DNA from: Eledone cirrhosa
Taxonomy: Eukaryota
DNA length: 64,000 bases
Assembly (NCBI GenBank): GCA_964016885.1
Contig: OZ024745.1
Coordinates: 39,928,001 to 39,992,000, forward strand
Direction: 5' to 3'
This document shows positions 1 to 12,112 of this stretch, piece by piece (the stretch's first letter is position 1; each line of letters opens with the position of its first letter). The notes below the pieces were generated by a model, which was given only the letters and a program-made list of their open reading frames with translations, had not been told where the DNA came from and ran no database searches. Position numbers and translations under genes: made by a program.

Positions 1-25
1 TATATATATATATATATATAGATAT

Positions 26-212
26 AAAAGATGAAATCGAAAATGCAACTGGAGTCTTAGTTTTGAAAAAATATATATATTTATTTGGTTCCTTCTCAAC
101 TCTACTTTTGAAAAGCAGAAGAACTGCGAAACCGGTAAAGTAACAAAATACATATATATATATTTTTAAATATAAGACTCCAGTTGCATTTTCGATTTCA
201 ATTTTTTTCTTT
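26..212. mobile_element. Small fold-back (inverted-repeat) element with hammerhead in the loop; Penelope pLTR-derived
   Basis: TGAAATCGAAAATGCAACTGGAGTCTTA (~32-59) is the reverse complement of TAAGACTCCAGTTGCATTTTCGATTTCA (~173-200). Flanked by (TA)n. Confidence 0.7.
103..142 (+). ncRNA. Minimal type I hammerhead ribozyme, U3-A8 core variant
   Basis: TACTT(103-107) TTGAAAA(108-114) GCAG-aagaa-CTGC GAAA(128-131) CCGG TA(136-137) AAGTA. Stems I and II pair perfectly, stem III is the palindrome ACCGGT, and the cleavage triplet is GUA. Confidence 0.8.
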
Positions 213-216
213 ATAT

Positions 217-234
217 TTATATATATATATATAG

Positions 235-290
<56 letters not shown>

Positions 291-291
291 T

Positions 292-334
<43 letters not shown>

Positions 335-363
335 GTATATGTATATATATATATATGTATATG

Positions 364-415
<52 letters not shown>

Positions 416-416
416 A

Positions 417-504
<88 letters not shown>
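217..504. repeat. (TA)n/(GT)n compound microsatellite
   Basis: Seen directly. Confidence 0.98.
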
Positions 505-672
505 GTTACGGCCTTTAACGCTCTGAGTTCAAATCCGGCCGAGTTTAACTTTGCCTTTTATCCTTACGGGATCGATAAAGTAAAGTACCAGTAACGTAAT
601 GCTGGCCGATTTAATCGACTTTCCAGTCGCCATAAATTACTGGGCCTGTGCATATACTAGAAAGCATTATTG
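505..672 (+). mobile_element. 5'-truncated tRNA-derived SINE (octopus-type)
   Basis: B-box GAGTTCAAATCC at ~525-536, followed by AACTTTGCCTTTTATCCTT..GATCGATAAAGTAAAGTACCAG and an ATTATT tail. Resembles common octopus SINEs (recognised from memory). Confidence 0.6.
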
Positions 673-695
673 TATATATTTATATATATATATAC

Positions 696-1320
696 AATGA
701 TATTAAACAAACGGAAACTATATTTATAAAACCATATTTATTCTATTATATATATTTCAAGGGTACTACAAACTTTGGTACGCTTTCATTAGATAAAATA
801 CAAAGTGTGTTTTAGAAATGTTGACATAGCCAAGGAACATACCTTATAAGTTGAATTTTCCATGGAAAATAAATTTAAAGAACGGATTTTTCAAAATTGT
901 TAGGATGTGTATACCAATGAATATGTAAACGAGGTTGTGGTATATGATTGAAAAACCGTTATTTTAAACGGAATGGAAAATTTATATATATGTTTATATT
1001 AGTAAGAGAGAAAGAAAGAAAAAGAAAAAGGAAAAAGAAAAAGAAGACCACTTATATACGTTAATTTGGGGGAGAAAATTTGAATATTTACCTATATTAG
1101 GTATATAATTATATGGAGAATTATGTTTGTAAGTATTTATCTTATTACAATATTGTAGTGGGTTAAATATATAAATATCTATATATATTTTAATAATAGC
1201 ATATCCATTATTAATAAAGAGATATAGATAATTTGCAATTATTAGTTGTTTACAATATTAGTTACGAGGGATGTTGTTTTTTTGTTTTATGTAGATAAAT
1301 GAATAAATAAATAAAATATC
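696..1320 (-). mobile_element. Decayed copy of the hammerhead-bearing element family also at 20526-21540
   Basis: 696-960 is alignable with 20526-20790. The minus-strand hammerhead at 739-800 has core CTAATGA (G5A, expected inactive). Confidence 0.7.
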
Positions 1321-1329
1321 CCTTCTGCT

Positions 1330-1360
<31 letters not shown>

Positions 1361-1532
1361 ATTAAAATAACAGATTAAAGTTTAAACAAAGAATCGGTGC
1401 TTTCACCCTTAACGGGATCTTGTGAAGATCTGTTATTTTAATAAATATCTGCACTAGGGTTCTTATATATTTGCTATATATTTATCATTATCGAGCCCTC
1501 TTTGAATTTTAGTCTTCAAATTAATATTTATT

Positions 1533-1578
<46 letters not shown>

Positions 1579-1619
1579 GGAGAACGCAGAATCAGTGATG
1601 CATCGCAACACAATTTATT

Positions 1620-1712
1620 ACGTATTACAATTGTTTCTCCGGAGTACAGCTCGAGGTGTGATCTGTTTGTGGCTCGAACCTGACTCTGGATTCGCAATTT
1701 CCTCAGATACGT
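1620..1712 (-). ncRNA. Type I hammerhead ribozyme with long stem II and 9-nt insertion after A9
   Basis: Minus strand: ACGTAT CTGAGGA aattgcgaa TCCAGAGT..ACTCCGGA GAAA CAATTG TA ATACGT. Perfect 6-bp stem I, palindromic stem III, GUA site. Confidence 0.7.
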
Positions 1713-1781
1713 CTATTGATTTCGAACCAAATCCTCTTTTATATATATGTATGTATATATTTGAAATATATGTATGTATAT

Positions 1782-2044
1782 ATTTGAAGTCATAGAAAAA
1801 CGTGAAAGCTCGTTGCTAGAACAGCTGTTAAAAGAGCTAAATGTTATCAATGAGAGCGATGGGCAAAGATGTCTTGATCTTTTCTAATCTGTTTCTCACG
1901 CACAGCATAGATTCTCTCAATAACCACCGGTCACTGGTCTCTGTCCTCTGAGTCATTTGTAATAATTATTGTCATTGACAGCATTTAGGATGATGTAACA
2001 GCTGTTCTAGCGAGGAGTTTTCTTATTTGTCTATGAATTCAAAT
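1782..2044. repeat. Imperfect inverted repeat (~48-bp arms)
   Basis: ..GCTAGAACAGCTGTTA (~1815-1830) versus TAACAGCTGTTCTAGC (~1996-2011), extending outward to TTTGAAGTCATAGA / TCTATGAATTCAAA. Confidence 0.65.
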
Positions 2045-3085
2045 AAAATGTCGCTGCCTCTGGATTAGAGACACCAAAGTTTATATAAACACATTATAGC
2101 GCAAAATGTCAGGAGGTCGCATATGTTGTATTCCTTTATATTTTTATTACTGCAAACAGTATACACATTTCAGGGGACAGGTTACGTTTTGGCTGGTGTC
2201 CAATCATGTTCAGCGGGGAGTTAGTAGTAACCGACTCACTCAATTAACAGTGCAACACCTGCCATATAACACTACAAATACTGAGTTATTACTCAGAGGA
2301 AATTTGCCGAAATGACAACAGGGCATTCAATTAACTGTGAGTAAAAAATATGTCATTAATGATAGATGTATAAGTGAAATACTCAGTAACTTAGAATATA
2401 AGCAGATGAGCAGTTCTGGTGATCGAGGAATTGGAAATATACCTCAGCCATACTGATGGATGATAAATTTAATCTATTCAAGTAAGTACATAGGTACGTA
2501 GGACCGTACGTACGTATGTATGTATTTATGTATCTATGCATGTTTGTATATGTATGTATGTGTACATATGTATTTATTTATGTGTGTGTATGCATGTATG
2601 CATTTACTATAAAAGCAACAATATTTAACAGTCGTAAATGAAACAATACAATACAAATTCAAACTGTTTGGATTTCCAGCATTAATATATAATTAATATT
2701 AATAATGTTATGCATCAAAACAAAGTTATATTTTATTCGATAACAGTGATATGAGCCAAGCCTATATATGCTCCGAAATATCTTCAATAAAATGGAGCTA
2801 CTGTCATCAATTTTACTGATTATTTATTTTGAAAGTAGTATGCAAATCATTTAAAAGAAGTATAAGACATCCAATCGTCAAGGTGCCTAAAACAGCTGAG
2901 TCAGAGTAATGAATGGCTTTCTACTCTCATAATCAACAACAGAAATGCTGACCACGAAGAATTTAATTCCAATTCATTATATTCGCATAGCTTTACTTCT
3001 TTTTCTTAATGAATATAAATTACACATCCAACTACTAATAGATTTAATGAGTTTTCACTACATTTACATCTGTACCTTTCATTTA

Positions 3086-3116
<31 letters not shown>

Positions 3117-3342
3117 GATTATTATTGAATGCTATGGTTGACGGAGGCTCGGCTCTGTAAGGTATTGTAAATTTTAACCGCTATAACAATTGTAAATTGT
3201 TTAAAACTTTAACCAAATTGTAGATAAAAAAACCCTCCTCCTCGTGAGAGGGGTCTTTCTGTCCGTTATTTGGCCCTTCTGGCTTAAATAACCACTTATT
3301 GGGGTTTTGTGCCCAATATTTATTTTAAACCAAAAAAGAAAC

Positions 3343-3692
3343 ATGGCTACAAAAAATATTTTTCCTCAATCGTCACTACACCAGAGAGAAGATTGTCCTC
3401 TCCCCCCTTCTCTATATGTGTCTCTCTCCCTCCCTTCTCTTTCGCAAGAGACGCCAGTAAAGAAAAATAGTTTCCAAAATCACGTGCCCAACGTGGAACA
3501 TTTCTCCACGACGACGACAACGACGAAAAAGGTGTGCGGTAAATACGAAAACCCATTTCATTCGTCTGACGTCATGAATAATAGCAGTAGCAGCCGTAAT
3601 AACAGCAGCAGCAGCAACAGTCACAAGGAAAACAACAGTAACAGCCGCAACAGCATCAGCAGCAGCATAAACAACAACAGAATTAGCAGCAA

Positions 3693-3724
<32 letters not shown>

Positions 3725-5236
3725 ACAACCACAGCAACAACGGCGGCAGTCATAGTACCAGCAGCAACAACAAAAGTAACAGCAGCTCTGACGACGACAA
3801 CAACAACAACATAAAGAAAAACCAATCTCGTTTGCAGGTATCGCAAAGAACCTGGAAACCATCCTTATAACAAATGAGGAATTACAGGAAGCAAAGAAGA
3901 TGCTGACGAAAACCGGAGACCGAGCAATCTGCAAGGCAGCCGAAACATTTTTCGAAACCCAACAGCACTGTACGGTCACGTACCGTACAGTAAGCACAGA
4001 ATCCCGTAGGGTTGAAAGGGCCACAGAGGCTCAGTTACGAAAAGCTTTAGGGTTTGTGTGGCAGCGGAAAAGGCATATCACCCGAGGCAAGAAATATGCC
4101 ACCGTGGACGTGCTTTTGCCACACCCCAGGGGGCAAAGGCTCAATCCTTAGTGACCCTAAGGAGCCAGGAAATGGTGTTGGTGCCCTCCTACTGCGGACA
4201 AAAAATTGAGAGGGTCAAACTGACATACCACCCCCACCCCACCCCCTCATGGCCCCTTCTTGGCTGGCCGCGTCTGTCCTCGTCGGAATTGAGGACAAAA
4301 CAACTGTTCTGCAAGTACAGAAAAAAGTACGAGAAGATTGGGTCGGCACCTCCATTGAGATGTTAATCCAAACCAACCAGGAGTGCATCGAAGCTATCCT
4401 GGATGTGATAGACTTCGATAAGGCACTCAACTGCCCGAAATGCTTTCGCTGTGGATTGAAGACTCACCTCAGGGCCTTCTGCAATGAGAACACCCTGAGA
4501 AAGGAGAAAACCCCCCTCCTTCCGAAACCGGCTCCACTGCTACCAGCAACAGGACAGGCGGCAACCAGGAAGGATAGGTCCCTGGCACCCATACCCACGC
4601 CACGGAAATCAAGAACAGCAGCAGCAGTGGAAGTATTAACAACAACAACAGCAATACCAACTGCAGCTGCAACAGAGACTCCACTACAAACCTCACCAAC
4701 AACAACAAGTGAAAGAGTGGAGCTGGTACCCCTCCCCGACCTCAATAGAATCGGACATGGAGTGTGAGATAGGAGAGGGATGGCAAAAGGTCGCAAGAAG
4801 GCACAAACGCAGAAGCAGCGCATCGTCGCCTTCGAAAAGGGAGGAAAGAAACGAAAAAAGAGTAAAGGCTACTACAAAGATACTTACAGCAGCAACACCA
4901 CTAACACCATCACCACCCACACTAGCACCAACAATACCACCGGCGGCAACCCCACTGGCACCAACAACAACACCTTCAACACCACCACCACAAACACCAG
5001 CATCGCAAACACAACAAAACACACACACCCTGCAACAACGACAAGAAAATAGCAGAACCACACCCCGCCCCCAGAAAAACAAACGCACAGCAATAAATGC
5101 ACACAAAAAGAAATTAATGACTTACATAATTGAACACAGACATTTCAAAGCACGATTACATAATACCAGCACCAATCAAAACAGCAACGAACATAAGGCT
5201 GGTAAAAATAGCACAGAAACAATACACAAACACTAA
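3343..5236 (+). pseudogene. LINE ORF1 (gag-like), frameshifted
   Basis: CCHC knuckle CFRCGLKTHLRAFC (~4441-4482), N/S-rich N-terminus, P/T-rich tail with GWQKVARR; split over several frames. Confidence 0.75.
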
Positions 5237-5460
5237 AACGAAATTCCCCAACGTGGTTGGTGATTTCAGAGACCTAGGAGGGACACTCAACCGGAGGGTA
5301 TATTCGGATATACTCACAGAAGAGCCGACGACCAGCCGAAGGGGCGATTCAACGGTCCCTTCACCAGACGATCAACTGAAAAGGGATGGTGAAACCATCC
5401 TTCCTCTGCGAGAAGAAGTAAGGTAAGTGGTCTTTCCCATCTTTTCCACTCCATTTCAAC

Positions 5461-7885
5461 ATGACCTTACTCAGAATAGGCAGCATAAATGCGCGTGGCT
5501 TGGGGTCGTCATGGAAGCAGGACCACCTGCTCAACGACCTCAGCTCACTAAACATAGATGTAGTGGCCATCAGCGAGACGAGAATCTCCGAAGCACGGGC
5601 CTTCGCACCAGTCTTCGCATCTCCCAGCCGTCCTGGATCGGAGGAAGGAATTGCTGTGCTTTTTCGGAGAGGTTTGGATCTCGCCATACGGGCCATCTTC
5701 CTGGACCCAAAAGGTAAGTTGATGAGCTGGACGTGACCAGCGGAGAAGGGCAAGCTTTCAGGCTAGTGGCCGTCTATGCCTCGACAGGAGCAGGGCGGCC
5801 TGATTTCTTCCGGCGTCTGGAGACCTTTCTAGGAACGTCCCGCTCTTTAGTGTTAGTGGGCGACTGGAACGCGATCTTAGATGCACGCTGGGACTGTGTG
5901 GGATTAGCGGATAGGGGAGGAGGGTGCACGAGTCTCACCAACCTGCTCAGGCGTTTTGAACTGTCTGACAGGTACCGATTGGATTTCCCGAATGTGCCAA
6001 TGTGGACTTGGACAAATCGCATCGGGTCATCCATATCATATCTAGTGTATTTTGTAGGGAAATAGATAGGTCTAGCATAAGCTGTCCACAATTCAAGATA
6101 GTCAGCTACACGGACCACAAATTCGTGGTCTGTGTGCTTGACTTAGATAGGCTTCATAGACGAGGACCTTGACTGGGGCCATCGTCACCAACAAGTGGTG
6201 GTTTGCTTTGAAAAGAGCGATTAGAATAGAGTCCATTAGGTTTAGTAAGGCTTTAGCAATAGAGAAAAATAGAGCAGAGGGAGAACTAGTTAGAAAATTA
6301 GACGATGCGCTTAGCAAAGGCATCGCGACCGACGTACTTAGGCGAAATTGGCCCTTGACCAATTCTTCAATGCAAAGCACGAAGGCTGCGTTGTCAGAGC
6401 TAGGGTGCGTGCTCTCAGACACGAGGGGACGAAAGCCATTCAATGGGCCCGAGTGACGGAGTCGCGTCGTGCCAACAAAACCACGATCCGATCTTTGGTG
6501 GACCACTACGGGCGCAAGCTACTCGATCCCGGGCAAATGTGTGAAGCTTTTCAGCGACACTTCGCTCAAATGCTCGGAGGCAGCGGTGGGCCGGATCGAG
6601 GGATGGACTTTAGTGTCTACCTCGACGGACTGCCGCGGCTTTCGGCCACTGAGGCGGAGTGTTGCGAAAAGCCGATAACAACCGCTGAAGTAGGGGAGGC
6701 AATGACTGGCTGCACAAGGGGTAAATCGCCTGGTTTAGATGGTCTGCCCTATGAACTTTACGTACAAATGCCAGACTTGTTCGGAGGCCTCTTAGCGGAC
6801 GTCTACTGCAACTGGCAACAGAACGGGAGAATTCCCAGCTCTGTGAACCGAGGAGCGGTGGCGCTGCTGAGAAAGGATCCGAACAAGGGGGATAACATAG
6901 ATAATTTTAGGCCCATAACTCTGCTAAACACAGAGTTCAAGATTTTGGCCAAGCTGCTAGCAAAGAGGTTGGCGCTTGTCGTTGGTGGACTGGTGGGAGA
7001 GGCACAGACATGCGCCATTCCCGACATATCCATCCACGACAACCTCCACCTCATGCGATACATCGTAGCTAGGGAACCAAGCACGGGTGGGTCTTTGATC
7101 AATTTAGATCAGTCGAAAGCTTTCGATAGGGTCGATCATCGTTACCTAGCGGCAGTCCTGAGGGCGGCTGGCTTTGGGCCTGTCTTCAGAGGCTGAATCG
7201 CTGCCATGCACAGCGACATCTGCTCTGTGGTGAGAGTGAACGGTCACCTTTCGGAACCGTTCAACATCAAGCGCTTGGTCCGCCAAGGATGTCCCCTCTC
7301 GTCCCTCTTGTACGTATTGACTCTCGAGCCATTACTGCACAAACTGGAGACGTTGAAGGGGGTCCCGCGCGAACTAGGATGCGGACGATCCGTGTCAGCA
7401 GATACAAACGATGTCATCGTAGTGGTGTCGAACGCCAAACGCATCGAGGCGATCGGCACTACACTAAGAGAATACGAAGCGGTGACAGGAGCAATGATCA
7501 ACCAGGAAAAGTCAGTGGGCCTGCAGCTCCGCACCTAGAGAGGCAGGTCCATGCCGTCAAACAGCGTCGTCGGTTGCTGGGCGGACGGACCGGTTAAATT
7601 GCTAGGGGTCTGATTCGGTCCGGACCTCCAGAATGACAAAGACTGGGACGAGGTGACGAGTAGGGTGGCTTCTCTCACCCAGAAATGGGCGGAGAGGAAG
7701 CTATCCCTGAAAGGTCGAGCGGTGGTGGCTAACGCGTATATCGTGTCTGTCGTCTGCTACCGCCTGACCGTAGTACCTTTTCCTAAGTCCCGCCTGACTG
7801 CGCTGGAGCGTTTGCTCTTTCGCTTTTTGTGAAAGGGACGCGCTCCGATGGTCAGGCGGTCCATCTTTTGTCAACACCGGCTACG
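5461..7885 (+). pseudogene. LINE ORF2 (APE endonuclease + reverse transcriptase), disrupted
   Basis: LRIGSINARGL, VVAISET, LVGDWNA, TDHK; RT motifs GKSPGLDGLPYELY, NFRPITLLNTEFKILAK, DQSKAFDRVDH, RQGCPLS. The YADD position reads ADTND; multiple stops and frameshifts. Confidence 0.9.
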
Positions 7886-7887
7886 TG

Positions 7888-8170
7888 GTCTGAATCGGTC
7901 ATCAGACAGAGATATTATGGATAACAAATATGAAATGAGATTTAAAATCTGTTAAAAATTGGAAGTGAGGCTGGAAAGTATATATTGCAATAGCAATCTT
8001 TATACTTGTATATATTATTTTTCTTACCCTTCTTTTCTTATCTATATTTCCCGTTATTTTTCCAGCCTCACTTCCAATTTTTTTATCCTTAACTCCCTGT
8101 CTGATGACCGATCCGGACGTTTATTAATATTGTCTGGGATCCAGAAATATCTGGTAATCAGTATACAGCA
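7888..8170. mobile_element. Fold-back element with degenerate hammerhead-like core
   Basis: Inverted arms ~7888-7912/8094-8118 and ~7955-7978/8059-8082. CTGATGA(8101-8107)..GATCCGGAC/GTCTGGGATC..GAAA is present, but stems I and III are imperfect. Confidence 0.5.
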
Positions 8171-8399
8171 ACATTCGACAGCAACATTCGACAGCTAAAA
8201 CGTAAATGTTAATAAGAAAAAAAGATACACCTTATATGTTTTATGAATTGATGTGCAACTGGGAAACTTATACATGTCTCTATCTATGCATCTCTCTATA
8301 CCCTGACTGATTATCTCTTCTTACTCTCATCTAGCCCTACTCTCATGAACGAGCCATTCCGAAAGACGGCAGATCCTGACATGTGCCAGCTGCAGGAGT

Positions 8400-8920
8400 T
8401 AGCTCTGACCAATTGGACCGACAAAAGCCTTGATTATTCAATTTGTGCGATGGCCATCGTAAATGAGACGACATCAATGGCTGCTCTACATTCGAGGAAA
8501 TTGAGTTCTTCTTTGACCAGCATCGTCTTACTTACCTCCAATCCGCCGTGCAAACCAACATCCGTGCATAGATCAATACTTTGCCCTCCTCATGAAGTAG
8601 TATCTATATTGATTATGGTTGAAACTGTATCGAAGTGGCAGAGAGACTCGGCATTCACGTGTGTAAGCCATACACATGCTACTGTGCAGCTGTAGTTGAC
8701 GAGTTCGGTCACCAGCCCCCATATCAATCTTTTATAGCGCACGCAATTTCCTCCGGCAGACTGCTCAGATTGACACGATTAGAAGGAGTCTCAACATAAC
8801 GGTTATCCCGTAACTTCTGAAGCCAACTAGCCTTGACCGAGATAATAGTAAGCGCCCCATTGAAACAAACTTCTTCCCCTTTGAAGGAGATTAAATTCTA
8901 CTTTGAGAGGTGCCAGATTG
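8400..8920 (+). pseudogene. Old CRE-type retrotransposon fragment (C-terminal zinc-finger/RLE region)
   Basis: Hand translation from 8512: FDQHRLTYLQSAVQ..A*INTLPS..VAERLGIHVCKPYTCYCAAVVDEFGH, then PTSLDRDNSKRP..FFPF. Collinear with the protein encoded at 35100-35720 (-). Confidence 0.7.
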
Positions 8921-9699
8921 CAACTCAATCTCCGCCTCTAAACCTGTTGCTTTTGCCGCAAACCTAAGTACCTCCATCCGCAACGCTGAGAAGAGTAAGT
9001 TCTTTTTTGTAGCGGTCACATTCGAAACAGCATATGTAATTGGTCTATTTATTTCCTTCAGAAAATCCGAAAGATAGCAGTCAATGTGAGTAAAGCGTCC
9101 CGTGAGGTGGAGGGGCTGCTGCAGCGTGTATCGTTGGATATTCTCCTCGATAATACCTGTGCCATTTTATTCACGGGCTGCCGCTCAAACACTGCTTACA
9201 TATGCGTATAAAGTATATCACTCAAACCCTCTTGTTTATTTTATTTGCTTGATTTCCTTTTTCGGTATATATTTTTTCCAATTTTCCTCTTTTTTGTTGT
9301 TTCCTTATTGCTGCGTATATTTCACTGGATATTTTGAATGGCAATAAATACTTTACAATGTATTAAATGCTTTTAAAACATCATATCTATATCATATATT
9401 TCTGTAACATATCTTGAAAATTTCATCTTTGTTTTCCTGAATCATAAATTATATAATACTAAAAAAAAGTAGAAGGCTGTCTAAATACGACTGAAAACTG
9501 TTTTTCAACGGTACGATGTCCCTGCCTTTTTGAGGGCAAGCTAAGTGAATAATCTAGCTCGTATGACCTTTTTTCCTGCTAATTCAGAGATAGAATAGAT
9601 GTACCAATTCTAAATATGGTGCTCTGTTAAGTGGAATCGCAACACAATGAACAACGGTAAATTCATTGCAGGTCAGATTTCTGATATTAAATAAGTCGA

Positions 9700-9820
9700 C
9701 GGATTTAATCAACGAGCCAAGTAGGCCATGGCGGAATTAAGAATCAGAGATAAGAAATACACTACAAATAACTTTTCTCGTCTGACGCTCTAAAAATGTC
9801 ACTAACCAACCGCCATGGAT
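9700..9820 (-). mobile_element. Highly decayed SINE fragment
   Basis: GGCGGAATTAAGAATCAGAG..GTCTGACGCTCTAA..CAACCGCCA resembles the reverse complement of an octopus tRNA-SINE head. Confidence 0.35.
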
Positions 9821-10282
9821 TGGAATATTCTAGTTGGCGATTACTCGAAAAAGTAGGTTTGCTCGCCTATGTCCAATATCTCCGCCTTATTGTAAATAAA
9901 TGATGTCAGTTGTAAGGGCGGGCATTGTCTTTCATTCTCAACGCATATATTCAAGCACAAGGCATGGACAAGAGCGAGTTAATAAATAATACAAAATGAA
10001 AGAGACAAAAGAAAGAAATATATAACATAAGATATAGAAAAGATAAATCAAGCTAATGTATTTTCTGCACTTTATTTAAGGTTGCTAGACTACCATCGGT
10101 TACGTACCCATAATTCTCAGAAAGTATTAACTACTTTGATCAGAAAGCTCCAAGTTTAAGTTCACATTAGAAGGTAAGTGATTGATTTCCATATACAAAG
10201 AAGTTATTTCATCTCGCAATCAATACTCTAACTAGTGCGTGCTTAGATGTACAAATAAAAGCACACGCACAAACACACGTAC

Positions 10283-10356
<74 letters not shown>

Positions 10357-10958
10357 ATATATGTATATATATATATAACTATGAATGTGTCTGTATAAGC
10401 AGTGGGTGGGTATCTGCTTTTGCACTGAGTAAACTATAAAATATGGCTACATGGATGATTTTTAGCCTTCTATGAGATTTCAGCCATTATGCAATCGATC
10501 ATGTCGGATGCCTACTATCACTGAATCCACACACACACACGCGCGCATTCATACATGGGGGATAAACTTATATATATATACATATATATATACACACGCA
10601 CACACATATTTATATATAAATGCAATCTGAGTTTTTCGAATATTAATAATAACATTCGATTCGTTTGCAATTGTGCAAACAAGACTCAATTTTAGAGCCA
10701 TGTCAGCAGAATGAACACTTCATTCTTTCTCTTGTGTTGGCATGTGAACAGAACAACAGGCACTAATGTTTCTGGGCATCACCCTTCATCAGTACAGCTC
10801 ACTGTTCACCTGCCAAACTGTCAGAGGTAGTGAACATATATGGTATTTTCAAAAGTACACAGTGACTGATTGGCCTGATTTGCATTTAAGCAGACTGGGT
10901 GATTAGTCTGATCTGCATATTAGCAGATCCGCTGATCAGCCAATTTGCATATATATAC

Positions 10959-11053
<95 letters not shown>

Positions 11054-11994
11054 CAATATCGGAGAAAGCTTTTTAGCGACACTCCGGCCAAATTCTAACT
11101 CACTCAACAAACATTATGAAATAAGTGATTATATTCCCAATTATGTGTTCGGGGTGCTATATATATATTCAATAGGGAGGACCCGCACGCTTGGCCGGTG
11201 AATTACCGTATGCTAGGCAATCACCAATTAGAAAGACCAGTTACGTTAATGGTTCTAATTATAGAGTTGTGTAAATCACGGACCTAATAAGCAAATAACA
11301 TAATGTTAGTTAAGGTAAGCTAAGTCACAATCCGATTTGGGGTCCTCTCGTCGGTCAATGTCATATTATAATATATTAGTAGCATGTTATGGCGGTTAAA
11401 AATAATTGCATATGGCAACTCCAAATACACACAGCGCCCATAGGCTCACCGTCCGTTCCGAGTATAACGGTATACCATAGAAAAGGAAAATTTAATTCAT
11501 TTCCAAGCACTCAAGGAGGTGGGCAGTCACGGGCGCGCTGAGCGCAGCTAGAAGGGTCCCCATCGCCAGCCGGTGTCGTAATATATGCTATGTATTCCTA
11601 GTTATCCATAATAGCGAAGTTAATGCTAAAGTCCAGAGGTATCAAAACAATCTAATAAATAAACATATAGTTAATGGTAAATTTGCGAAAGCGTATTTAA
11701 TTACTGGACAGTATGATGTGTTGGAGAAATAGAAAGTAAAAGAATTTAGGTAAAGGATGAGTAAAATCTCTATAACTATTCCAAACACATACAGAATGGT
11801 AAGCAAAAGAGACTGGAAGAGGAAACATATGAATAAGAATGATAAAGTAGTTTCCTTACTAGCACAAAGATGGGAAAAACGAAACGTACAAAAATGAAAT
11901 TATCACATGATGCACATGACAGATGCGATGTGGCTGACCACGAACGAGCGAACTCCCACCGTCATCTCCCCCACCTCTCTCGCCCGCCCCATCT

Positions 11995-12112
11995 CTCTAT
12001 ATGGTGAGCATATGGGGACCCACGTGCTGGCCACCCTACAGCTCCCACGGACAGAATGGAGAAGGCGTTGTCCCGGAGGATGGTAAGGGAGATGCGCTGG
12101 AAGAGACATTAG
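11995..12112 (-). mobile_element. 3'-terminal fragment of the CRE family at 34902-37294
   Basis: Nucleotide similarity to ~34965-35075. Minus translation CLFQRISLTILRDNAFSILS matches the CRE C-terminal QRxS..RGNA motif. Confidence 0.8.

Larger units (their letters stand above)
3127..7885 (+). mobile_element. Decayed, 3'-truncated L1-clade (Tx1-like) non-LTR retrotransposon
   Basis: Gag-like ORF1 with zinc knuckle, followed by ORF2 with APE endonuclease and RT motifs. Starts right after an (ATT)n tract and ends abruptly at an unrelated fold-back element. Confidence 0.9.

Noticed and set aside
217-594. [12 protein letters not shown] ORFs here and throughout the window
   Set aside because: Translations of dinucleotide microsatellites.
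10750-10800. Minus-strand CTGATGA-AGGG..CCCA-GAAA hammerhead-like core
   Set aside because: No U at 16.1 and stem I does not pair; at best a heavily decayed relic.
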